DNA from: the human T2T-CHM13v2.0 reference genome, Homo sapiens | Assembly: GCF_009914755.1 (NCBI RefSeq) | Contig: NC_060941.1 | Length of the DNA: 64,000 bases | Direction: 5' to 3' (one strand) | Shown here: positions 1 to 11,200 of the stretch, piece after piece | Layout: every line of letters begins with the position of its first letter | Position numbering within the stretch: the first letter of the stretch is position 1 | Position numbers and translations under genes: made by a program | Notes under the pieces: generated by a model | Told to the model about the DNA's origin: nothing | The model's input: only the letters and a program-made list of their open reading frames with translations | The model's database searches: none

Positions 1-2558
1 TGGGGTGAACAACGGCATGGCTCTGACTAGGCAGCACTGAAGACACGTCATGTCAAGGGGTCAAAATTCTCGGGGGAGCGTGAGAGGAGACAGTGAGAAA
101 ATGGGGAGGGGCTCTGTGCACAGGAGACTCAGGACAGTGGGGGGAAAAGTCACTTCTCCACATAAGAGGCTCAAATCCCAACGCCACCCTCCGTCAGACC
201 CCTTTGGCCCCAGCTCCGACCCCTCCAGGGTTTACCAAGTTGGGCTTTCACAGCATGTCTGAGCAAACACGCAGCGACCTTTTACATAATTGCAACCTCC
301 TCCAGAGAGGAGAGAGGCCACATTCTCTCGGCCCCACCCCCAGGACTTCAAACACACTGCACTGCCCTCATTTTCTCCAAGAAACAGGCTTTTCCACTGC
401 AACATGCTTCATGTGGCAAACTTTGCTTTCTTCTGACATCTGGCACCAACAGCGTCTGGCGCGTCTGAAGGGACTGTTTGCTTTTTGAACCCCTGCCATG
501 TTGAGATTACTCAACGCATCCCAGGTCCCCCCCACCTCCCACCCCTGCTCCACGGCCCCAACCTCACTGGGTCTTTTTTATTTTTTTGAAGGGGGGATGT
601 ATTTGTACAAATTGAGATGTTGAAGCACCAGCCCTGCTGGGAGGGTGAGGCATGACACCCTGTGTCCCTGTCCTACCCCAGGAGGACACTGAGTCTAGCT
701 CAGGCCCTGCAGAGATAAGGCAGCTGGGAGGGCCTTCCCACAGCCTGATCCACTCAGGAAAGAACTGGAGAGGATCGGAGAGTTGACCATTTGTGCAAGT
801 CTTTGTGCATTAAAGGGGAGGCCAGGGCTTCAAAGCCAGGCTTATTAACTGTGCCTCAGGGAGAAAAAAAAAAAATCAGAGCCAGATGTGGCCACAGCAG
901 CTGAAGGAGGCACTTTCCCCACAAGCCTATGCCAGCGCCACATGGCTCTTCTCCAAGGTCACCTGCAGTTCCACTCGAAGTCCAGCCGAGACAAAGCCAA
1001 GATCAAAATGAATCCCCAGAGGGACACACTTGTGTCATTAGTTTCACCTTGTGTCTTTTCAAGATAAAAGCAGCAGCAGCAGCAGCCAGGCCTGTTCCCC
1101 CACCCCTTTGATACCTTTTCACAATTGTCTCTGCCCAGGTATAAAAGGGACTATCCAGACCCAGCAACACGCCCTGCTGGCCAGTTACCTCCAGGGGCTC
1201 AGTCCAACCTCCATCCCCTCCCCACTCCAAAGAGAATCACTTTGAGCCCCCGCCCAAACTAACTCCCAGATGAAGGTGGCTGGTAAAACTATACAAGGCC
1301 TGCTCTAGAGGGGAGGGTGTCTCAGAGCCCTGCAGGTGGACTCATCCCCGTCCAGGAGCCCATGCCCACCTGGCAGGTTACCAAGTGCTATTCAGAGTTT
1401 TCCACTCACACCCCTGGCCCTGGTGGCGGCAACGGGTTCACACCTGGGAATAGACTGTGGTCCTGGCACAGGGACAACGGCACACAGCTGAGGAGTTGGA
1501 ACTCTGTCTTGGGTGTAGACCCCAGAGTGAGCACCTCCTTAAACTAGGGTGCCCCTGTCTCACCCTTGTCCCAGCCTGGAGCCCTAAACCTGGGAAACCT
1601 GGGACAGAACTGGAGCAGAATCCACACATTCTCTTGGGCTGCAGGCCATGGAGAGGGGCAAGGGAGGACTCCAGATGAACTGAGGCAGAGTCATCACCTG
1701 CTCCTTACGAGGGAAATGATCAAGAGAAGGAATGGCCTAGGGCTGGCCCTCATCCTCCTCAGCTCTTGAACCCTCTCAAGGGCCCTAAAAAGTCAGCATG
1801 GACCTTCTCAAGGGCACCTCCGTCCACTCTGCAGACAAGGTAAGGAGACCAGGAAGTTCCCTTCCTGAAGCCCCTGCAGGGGAGAAGGCAGCGGGGCCCA
1901 GGCCTGGACAGGAGGAGTAGACTGCCCTATTCACCCTGTGCCCACCCGCAGGTCCAGCCCCTTCTTTGTTATGGACAAAGGCGCATCTCTGCTTCTAATG
2001 GCCCATAAAATCCAGGGAGGCTGTTCAGGTGGAAAGGCAGGGTAAGAAAAACACGGGGGACTTTTCCTAGGCATGGTTCCTGACTATTTGGAGCCTTCAA
2101 TGTGGGGGTCTCTCCTAAACTCAAGCCAGTAGGGCGGCGCTTCCAGACCCTCCCTCCTAATCAGTGTGCCTGTCCCTCATTTTGCTCCCTGCTCCCCACT
2201 CGCCCACAAGCCCCTCAATTGCAGGTAAAGCCTCTGCAGTGTGGCCTGAGCCCCACTCTCCTGTCGGTGCAAGCAGCTGCTCCTTTTCTCTCCTCAGTCT
2301 GGTTCACCTGGTGGAAAGAGCCTGGCCAGGTCCCCCAGAGAACCCTCCATGCAGCCTCCCTCTTGCGGCTGCTGCTTCGTTATTGCTGCTAGCGGTGAGG
2401 GGAGAGAAGAAATGAGAAGGGAGCCTCCCCCAGCGCCTGCTGAGCCCCCTCCCACCCTGCCCCACCTAGGTCTGCTCAGCCAGGGGAGCTGCTCCAGGCT
2501 CTGGCTCTTGGTTCTGAGCAAACAAACTGAGAGCAGAAAAAAGCCACAGGACTCTTAC

Positions 2559-2726
2559 CTATAATTTCCCTTTTTGCTGAGCTGCTCTTTAAAGTGGCCC
2601 AGGGTCAAGCTCTGAGCCTTCAGCATCCTCCGGTATGGAATTTCTTCCCCACAGAAAAAGTAAGTGACAACCAACTCACTGGCCTGGAGCGCGTGGACAC
2701 CTGCCAGTTTCTTTGGCTCTTTGTGA
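2559..2726 (-). CDS. AXIN2: AXIN2 exon 10 (168 nt), N-terminal half of the DIX domain
   Basis: HKEPKKLAGVHALQASELVVTYFFCGEEIPYRRMLKAQSLTLGHFKEQLSKKGNY; donor AG|GTAAGA. Confidence 0.97.
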
Positions 2727-3235
2727 CTGAAAATAAGATGGAATGGAACAAGTTTAGCATTTTAAAGCAGACACACATCTAAAGCAAACACACACGTGCG
2801 CACATGTGCATAAGTGACAGGGTATCCAAACACTAGGGCTGCAATTGTAAACCCAAAGTGGGGGCTGGGGCAGAGCCCCACATCCCAGAGTCAGGCAGCT
2901 CTGGGGGACACACAGTCCAACCCCACATGTGCTGCATGCAGCATGCAGAAAAGGATGATTTCCTTTTGGTTGTACAAATTGGTATCATTTCCCCCACCGC
3001 CACCAAATGAAAGTATACGGCGGCCTCTTTCAGGCTGGCATAAATGGGGTGCTTCCTCAAGAAGATGAGAGAAGAGAAATTATCACAGAGATGCCGGGTC
3101 TCACCTGGATTGGAGAGTGCTAAAGAGACAAACCCAGAGCAGGACACCTTTGGGATGGCATGATCTCAGAATGCCTAAAGCCCACCCCTTATTCCAGCAG
3201 AATGAGAACAACTAATGGGGGTTATCACACAGTCA

Positions 3236-3624
<389 letters not shown>

Positions 3625-4272
3625 TTAGGGTCAACCAATTGAAACAATGAAAGGGTCCAGGGCAGTGGCCTATTGAGGACTTCAAACATTGCTCATTGCT
3701 CAGGATGAAGACACTAAGAAAGAAAACTTGATACAGACCATTTTAGATCTCTTTAGCAGATTTCTTTTTAATTGCACCATCCAGTAATTAAACGAGCAGG
3801 CTCCTCAACCTACTTTGAAAGAGACTAAATTTACAAAAAGAATCACTGCCCAATTTGGGGGAAGATATTCTGTCTTCTCCAAACAAAAACACAAGGATGG
3901 TCCCCTCCACCTCTGCCACAGTGGAGAATGATCTTTCTGCTCAGGGGTGACAAATGTTTCCAGTACTACTAAATTGCAAGTTGAATGGGGGCAACTTTTC
4001 CAGCTGAATTTGAGGTCCCTTCTACACTTCTGCTAATGGCTTCATGTCCCAGCTTTTGATTTGTGTATGACCAGAAAAACTTTTGCTATGATGCATTTGT
4101 CGGCAGGACATGGATGGCAACATCTACGTTTACTGTTCCTCATCACTAGCGCTAAAATCAAAGTGATTTTAAAAACCAAAAAAAGTTTCATGAAAATGAA
4201 ACTCCAGATAGCGAATATTCTGAAACATAAAGCACTCGGCAGATCTCAGTAATGTCAGGTAAAGACACTCAC

Positions 4273-4368
4273 TCTTCTGGAGCCAGGCTTGGATTGGAGA
4301 AGGGTGTGGCTCCCGTCTGAACAGTGGCCGAATGATTCCTGTCCCTCTGCTGACTGGCCACACAGCAC
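4273..4368 (-). CDS. AXIN2: AXIN2 exon 9 (96 nt)
   Basis: CCVASQQRDRNHSATVQTGATPFSNPSLAPE; acceptor CCTCAG|, donor GA|GTGAGT. Confidence 0.93.
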
Positions 4369-4966
4369 CTGAGGACACAGCCAGGGCGAGGGATTTAGAG
4401 GTACACTGTTGTCCCCAGAGCAATTGAAAAGCAGACAGAAAATTACTATTTGGCCTCCTGAAGAGACACGAACCCGACTTCCATCCTTACGGAGACCCAA
4501 CCAAGACCCTGGGTTAACAGTGGCTGAAGAGGCCAGGAAGACGTCTTGGAACAGCCATTCTAAGCCCCCCTGGGAGCCCAGGATGGGACATTCTCAGCCC
4601 CAGCAAAGGGCTGAGGACTCTTGATCCTCCATCTCACAGCTTCTTATATACTCAACTAACCAGCCTTAAACAATCAAGACATTTGTAAGGAATGGGATTT
4701 GTAGGCAATTGCTGAAATTCATTCTCCCAATTCTAGGCATGACTTGCCTCACAGATCCTGGCTTAACTCTAGTAGAATGAACATAACTGAAGGGAACAAT
4801 TTCTAGAAGCTGGAAAGCAGCAGCTTACTCATCCATAAGTAATTCTTCTTCTCATGGGAGGGTTTGAGACCCAGGCAGAAAGAGAGGCCCTCCCCATTAG
4901 CCACAGACCAGGTCTCCACCCAAACCCAATCCCTGCCTCAACCTAGGACCCTTCACTTCCACTCAC

Positions 4967-5200
4967 CGCTGCTTTGGGGGCTTCGACACCTCAGCTAGCC
5001 TGCGACAGGCCTCCTCCAGCTGAGCCAGCGTGTTGGGTGGGGTCAGGGGAGGCATCGCAGGGTCCTGGGTGAACAGGTGGGCACGGGGGGTGGTGCGGGG
5101 GTGCCCGCTGTTGCCCCCCCACAGATGGTGCCGGCTGGCTCGTTCGCCTGGAGACGAGCGGGCAGACTCCAAGGGGTAGGCCTTTTTTGTGCTTTGGGCA
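4967..5200 (-). CDS. AXIN2: AXIN2 exon 8 (234 nt)
   Basis: AQSTKKAYPLESARSSPGERASRHHLWGGNSG...QDPAMPPLTPPNTLAQLEEACRRLAEVSKPPKQ; donor CG|GTGAGT. Confidence 0.97.
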
Positions 5201-5515
5201 CTAAACAAGGAATGAGCAGAGAGAAAACAGAAGGAAAGAAACTGGGTTAGAAGAACTGGAAAATGTGACTTCAATAGAAACTTGTCTATTCTGCTGAGAG
5301 AGAGAGTTAAAAAAAAAACTACCATAACATGAACAGGGGTCAGTGCCAAAACATGACATTTTTGTGGTCTGCTCAGTCCAACGTTTAATATTAAGATGGC
5401 AGGAGCAAATAGTCACATTTGTATTCCGCGGACTGCAAAAACGGCCATTCCCACAATACCTCCGTACTGAGTGCCCATGACCCTCGCGGCCGCGGCGGCG
5501 GCAAGCGGTGTTTAC

Positions 5516-5710
5516 CTATGGGGCTTGGGCTTGCTCTGCCGCTCACTCTCCAGCATCCACTGCCAGACATCCTGCGACCTGTCTCCTTCCTCCCGGGGAA
5601 GCTGCAGGGCCCCAGCTCCGCCGGGGGCCCCTCCTTCCCTGGCGGGCAGGGCCAGGCCCGGCTCCGTGCCTTTCCCATTGCGTTTGGGCAAGGTACTGCC
5701 TCTGCTGCCG
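5516..5710 (-). CDS. AXIN2: AXIN2 exon 7 (195 nt)
   Basis: GSRGSTLPKRNGKG...SQDVWQWMLESERQSKPKPH; acceptor CCCCACAG|, donor AG|GTAAAC. Confidence 0.95.
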
Positions 5711-5970
5711 CTGTGGGGAACCAAGAACCACACCCAACCCAGAGACCCGGTTAAATCTCCGGGACTCCTAGAATCAGACAATTCAGCAAGTCGGGGGGCT
5801 GGTGACACGAAAGACCCATGCACCTGCTCCCCGCACCCTCACCCGGCCGTGCACTCTGCCGCCCTCTTAGAAACTAAATGCCTGTAATGCGGCTCCCACC
5901 TCACACCTGCCCATGGACCTGGCTGGGAGACAAGCCCCACACGGGACACTGCGGTCCGCCCGGCACTTAC

Positions 5971-6482
5971 CCAAACTGCTCGCTGGGCATGGTTTCCGGA
6001 GCCTTGGAGTGGCTTTTGCATTTCGAGTAGCAGTAATACTCGCTGCCCCCAGGGCAGAAGCAGTGCACCCGCTGCGTGGCCTCCGCCTCGATCTCCTCCT
6101 TGGTCTTGGGGACGGCATGGTGGTGGATGTAGTGGTGGTGGACATGCTTCGTCGTCTGCTTGGTCACAAAGCCTTTGCCCCCGAGGAGGGGGCAGGCGCC
6201 CGGCGAGGCGGCCGCGGGAGGCAGCTTGCCACCGGGCGGGAGCAGGGAGTGGTACTGCGAATGGTGGTGGTGGTGGTGGTCCGGGGAGCGGGAGCGAGGG
6301 CTATAGCGGCCTACGCCCGGAGACTGGCAGCCAGGGGTCTTGAGGACCCTGGACAGGTGATCGTCCAGTATCGTCTGCGGGTCTTCCTCGTAGCTGCCGG
6401 AGGGCAGTAGGGAGAGGGGGTGCTGCGTGGGCGCCCCCTCCCGCGAATTGAGTGTGAGCTCGGAGCCCTCTCTCTCTTCATC
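5971..6482 (-). CDS. AXIN2: AXIN2 exon 6 (512 nt), beta-catenin-binding region and His tracts
   Basis: DEERE...EEDPQTILDDHLSRVLKTPGCQSPG...HHHHHH (6261-6278)...KHVHHHYIHHH...PSEQF; donor GG|GTAAGT. Confidence 0.97.
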
Positions 6483-6571
6483 CTGAAAGGGAAGACGTCA
6501 GAAGGAGAAGTGACCCAGGAAGCAGAAGGGCCAGAGGCCCTGGGGTTGCAACATTCGGCTCCCTACGCAGG

Positions 6572-6812
6572 AGCACGCACACCCGTGTGCACGCCCACAG
6601 CCACGCCCATGCGCACACGCACAGGCCCGCCTACACAAGCACATATCCACACGCATATGCACACCCACACGCAACCCATGCATATGCGCACACAGCCCAC
6701 GCCCAGGCACACACCCACACGCAGCCCACGCGCATGCGCATGCAACCCACGCACATGCGCACACCCTAACGCACCCCACGCACATGCGCATACACATACG
6801 AGCGCTCACGCC
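6572..6812. repeat. Degenerate alternating purine-pyrimidine (CA/CG/TG) low-complexity tract in intron 5
   Basis: gcacac/gcatgcgc-type repeats across ~240 bp. Confidence 0.85.
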
Positions 6813-6849
6813 GTGGACGGAAGCAGGAAGAAGGCCTAGGCCGCATTAC

Positions 6850-6990
6850 CTCTCGGATCTGCTGCAGGCGCTCCTCCAGGCTGTGGCGGCTCTCCAACTC
6901 CAGCTTCAGCTTTTCCAGCCTCGAGATCAGCTCAGCTGCAAAGGTGGCGGGTTCCACGGGGGTCATCTCCTTGGGCAGGCGGTGGGTTCT
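6850..6990 (-). CDS. AXIN2: AXIN2 exon 5 (141 nt), GSK3-binding helix
   Basis: RTHRLPKEMTPVEPATFAAELISRLEKLKLELESRHSLEERLQQIRE; donor GAG|GTAATG. Confidence 0.97.
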
Positions 6991-7313
6991 CTACAGGACG
7001 TGGAAAGGAAAGGGAGGAGGCACGTTCAGCGGGCTAGGTGGGCGGTGGCTTGGCCGGAGCTTCCCGCACCAGGCGCTGTGCACCGCAAACCCATGTTCGG
7101 GTGTAGAGTGGATGGCAAGGCGGCCTGGGCTGCTCGGGACTTTTATGCGCTAGCGCCATGGCCTCATGGAGAGCCATGGTCCCCACCAGCGTTTGCCTTG
7201 GGCAGGAGCAGTTGGTCGCACTCCGAGAGGCCCTGCTTGTTCTCTCTGTAGTACAACCAGCCCATCAGTAGCTACTCTGAAGTAGAAAATCTTCAAAGAC
7301 TGTTGTCAAACAT

Positions 7314-7314
<1 letters not shown>

Positions 7315-7345
<31 letters not shown>
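7315..7345 (+). repeat. A31 mononucleotide tract
   Basis: Direct count. Confidence 0.95.
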
Positions 7346-7349
<4 letters not shown>

Positions 7350-8911
7350 GCCCTCTGAGGTGGGGAGGGGAGAGACCAACTCAAGGAATAGAAAGTAGAA
7401 TCTAAACAGAAAGAGAGTTGAAAATTTAAAAAAATAAGATTGGAAAGGAGGTGGGAGGAAAGAAAGTGGGGGAAAAGGGAGTCAAACGGCCTGGATCAGA
7501 GAAGAAGTGGTAATTTATTTCCTGGCCGCACACTGCGCACCTTTGAGGTGGTGGTGTCTCAACACTGTCCTCGATCTCCCTCGTTTTTCTCCTTCCCTCC
7601 TCCCTCTCTCTTTGTACAGAAAATGAAGAAAGCTGCTGCAGGCTAGTAGCAGAACACTGCTGAGCTTGGCTGCCTGAAGCTGATCTATCAAGGGAAAAGG
7701 GAACATCTCCAAATCAAGTGCAGAATATAAAAAGGCACCGAGTACGCCTGCCAAAAGCAGCAAACAGAGAGAACCCCTGCTGCCCAGCTTTCTGTCCTTT
7801 TCCTGTCATCTCGCTCCCCCCACCCAACCCCCCACCTCTCCAGTTGTTCTACCTCCTTCTTCCTAATCTCCCTCTTGCTTAGCTCCTTTCTTTGGGCTGG
7901 GGTGGGGGTAGCAGAAAGCTAACTTGCAAAGGCTAGCATCTCCCCCAGCTGAAAAGATGGGCCTTGCCACGGCAACCACTTAGCTGCAGAAACTGGGGAA
8001 GAAGAGAAAGGCTCCTGTGTAGGTGGCCATTCTCACACAGGCTGGCTCCTTGCAGCCCCTGATCAAAGCGCTGCCTGATGGAGAAAGTCGATTTGCACAC
8101 CCCAGGACAAAATCATCTAATTTACAAGCTTGGGCGATAGAACTTTTCTTTGTTAACTCACATATCCCCCAGTCAAAAAAACAATGATAGTATGTCATCA
8201 ATACTTGTTATCTGTAGAGGGAGGGGATGCTAGAGGTCCTCAGAAAAGCAATTTTAATATGCTAATTTTAAAACAAGGTAAGTCTGCCCTTGTCTGTGTG
8301 AGGAGCTTTCAGAGAAGAGCTATAGTTTGTGCACTAATGCAACATGGGTTTAGCAATTCAATGTGTTAATTTTTTAAACACAACATAACCAGACCAATTA
8401 GATTCTCTGAAGCTGGCAGGAAGGATTCATAAACACCTGCTGTGAGCTGGGTGCTTTCTTCCCCTCCCCTCCTTGCAACCTGGATCTGAGGCTGTTGTAA
8501 ACAGCACAGCCCTAAAATGGGAATGTAGATGGGGAAGTTCTCTTGAGTACAGCCATGTGCTGGCTGCTTTAGCAAGCATGGAAATAAAAGCAGAGGTCCC
8601 AGAAGAGCCCTTCATCCACCATCTCAGTCACAGGAAGAAGCTGCTCAGGAGATCCTCACTTCTAAACACTTCGTTCATTCCGCATTTGATAGGCACAGAC
8701 TCACCAGCAGGTACCAAGCCAAGTTCTGGAGTTGGAAAGGAACAGCTACCCTCCAGGGCTTCAGGAGCCAGGAGGAGAAATGGTCAATGAATACATAAAT
8801 AAATGACTAAAATCACTGACTAAAATGACTTGGAGTCCTGTGGTTGACACAAGAAGTAGAATGTCCCAGTGAAGAGAGCAGGAGGATGTCCCAAGGGGGG
8901 CAGAGGTTCCT

Positions 8912-9050
8912 TATTCATTCACTCAAATGTTTATTGAGCACCTATTATGTGTCAGGTACTGTTCTAGTCTCTGTGCATACAGAGGTTAACAGAATAGATA
9001 AAACTCCCTCCCATCAGAGGGCTTCCATTCTAGTGGAAATACAGTGAGCT
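8912..9050 (-). mobile_element. L2 3' fragment
   Basis: attcattcactcaaatgtttattgagcacctattatgtg matches the reverse of the L2 3' end. Confidence 0.65.
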
Positions 9051-9189
9051 CACCAAGCTGTAGAGAAGCATGGATCATCTAGCATTTCTTAGTTTCTGGG
9101 AAATAAGTGCTTCAGTTTCTTTCTGATAGGGAATTTTTTTTTTGAATTCAGAAAATGCAAAGGTTCAAAAATAGGTCATCAAACCTCTC

Positions 9190-9878
<689 letters not shown>

Positions 9879-10089
9879 CTCATAATCACATCACTGTGCT
9901 CACCATCACAACCCAAAAAACCATGTAATGCCTATTGTCCAGTTCTTTTCTCTCCCTTTGCCCTAGGGGACCTTAGGTACTGCTCTTTTCTACCTTCCCT
10001 ATACCTCTCCCCATTCCACCACCCATTTCTTTTCTTTAGGACTCAACATGGCAGAAAACAGCTGTCTCCTCACTCCAGACTGTACTCAC

Positions 10090-10192
10090 CGGGAAATGAG
10101 GTAGAGACACTTGGCCATTGGCCTTCACACTGCGATGCATTTCTCTCTGGAGCTGTTTCTTACTGCCCACACGATAAGGAGGAATTCCATCT
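10090..10192 (-). CDS. AXIN2: AXIN2 exon 4 (103 nt)
   Basis: [34 protein letters not shown]; acceptor TTCCCTTAG|, donor CCG|GTGAGT. Confidence 0.96.
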
Positions 10193-10904
10193 CTAAGGGA
10201 AAGGAAAAGACAGAATCCACAGGCTTACGAGGATGTTTTCAGCACATCACATGGGCTACTGTCATATGCCATCTTGAGATCCCGCCGACAGGGCCACATG
10301 CTTCCATAGGAGTGTCACATGTCTCCAGATACCATCGGTGCTCCCACAGGGAAGGACCCACCCAAGGTCAAATTTAAATCCTGCCCATCAATCATCTATG
10401 GAAACTTGGCTTCCCTGGATGCAGAAGCATCAACTTGGAAAGAGCCTGGAAAGTTAATCTCTCGGACTGTTGTCTTAGAACTGGGTTACACTCCAGCCAG
10501 CCCAGGCAGAGCAAAGGCTCCCCTATTTTACAGGTGCCCTAAGTAGGAGATTCTCAGGCCCCACTGGTCCTCCCACTTGTTCCCACTGCTTCAAACCAGG
10601 AACCAGTGCCTTATGGATAGGGCCAGGGCAGAAAGTTGTAGGGATAAGAACCAAACCTACAGAGGGCTAAATCAGGCATTAGTGAAGCATGCATAACTCT
10701 CCAAGTCAACCTCCTAGTCATTTCCAAATGTATTTCTTTTTATAAACCAGTACAGCGTGATTAATAAAAAGAATATATAACATTTAGGCCCCTTCTCTCA
10801 GCTCCAAACCCTACCACCCCCAACCAATGAATTTTCAAAGACACATGACCAATGTGGGCATGAAGAGAAAAGCCCCTACTATGTGGTGGTCTGTGCAATC
10901 CATT

Positions 10905-11200
10905 TAAAGATTAGCACCTACTATGTGCCAGATCTTCTCCTAGGCACTAGGCAAGAGAGCAGTAGACAAAGTGGATACATAATTCAAACAACTGCCCTCT
11001 TGAAGTTTACATTCTAATGGGGAGGCACAGGCAATGAACAAAATAAAAAATAGTATGTTAGTGATATGTACTATGAATAAATACACAGCAGGAAAAGGAG
11101 AATCACTGGTGAGTGGGTAAGCTGCAAATTTAAATTGGATGTGGGTGTCAAGTCCTCATTGAGAAAGGGACCTTTGGGCAAAGACCTGAAGAAGTATGGG
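10905..11200 (-). mobile_element. L2 fragment
   Basis: agcacctactatgtgccag...ctgccctcttgaagtttacattcta. Confidence 0.55.

Larger units (their letters stand above)
5470..7160. other. Intragenic CpG-rich region over exons 5-7
   Basis: High CpG density in both exons and introns 5-7. Confidence 0.7.

Noticed and set aside
1069-1086. Short (CAG)n run in intron 10
   Set aside because: Too short to be unstable, and non-coding.
1-2558. Search for the terminal AXIN2 exon
   Set aside because: No frame encoding the rest of DIX was found; this is intron 10 and the last exon lies outside the window.
5913-7251. Plus-strand ORFs of 139-165 aa antisense to exons 5-6
   Set aside because: Shadows of GC-rich coding and low-complexity sequence; no recognisable protein.
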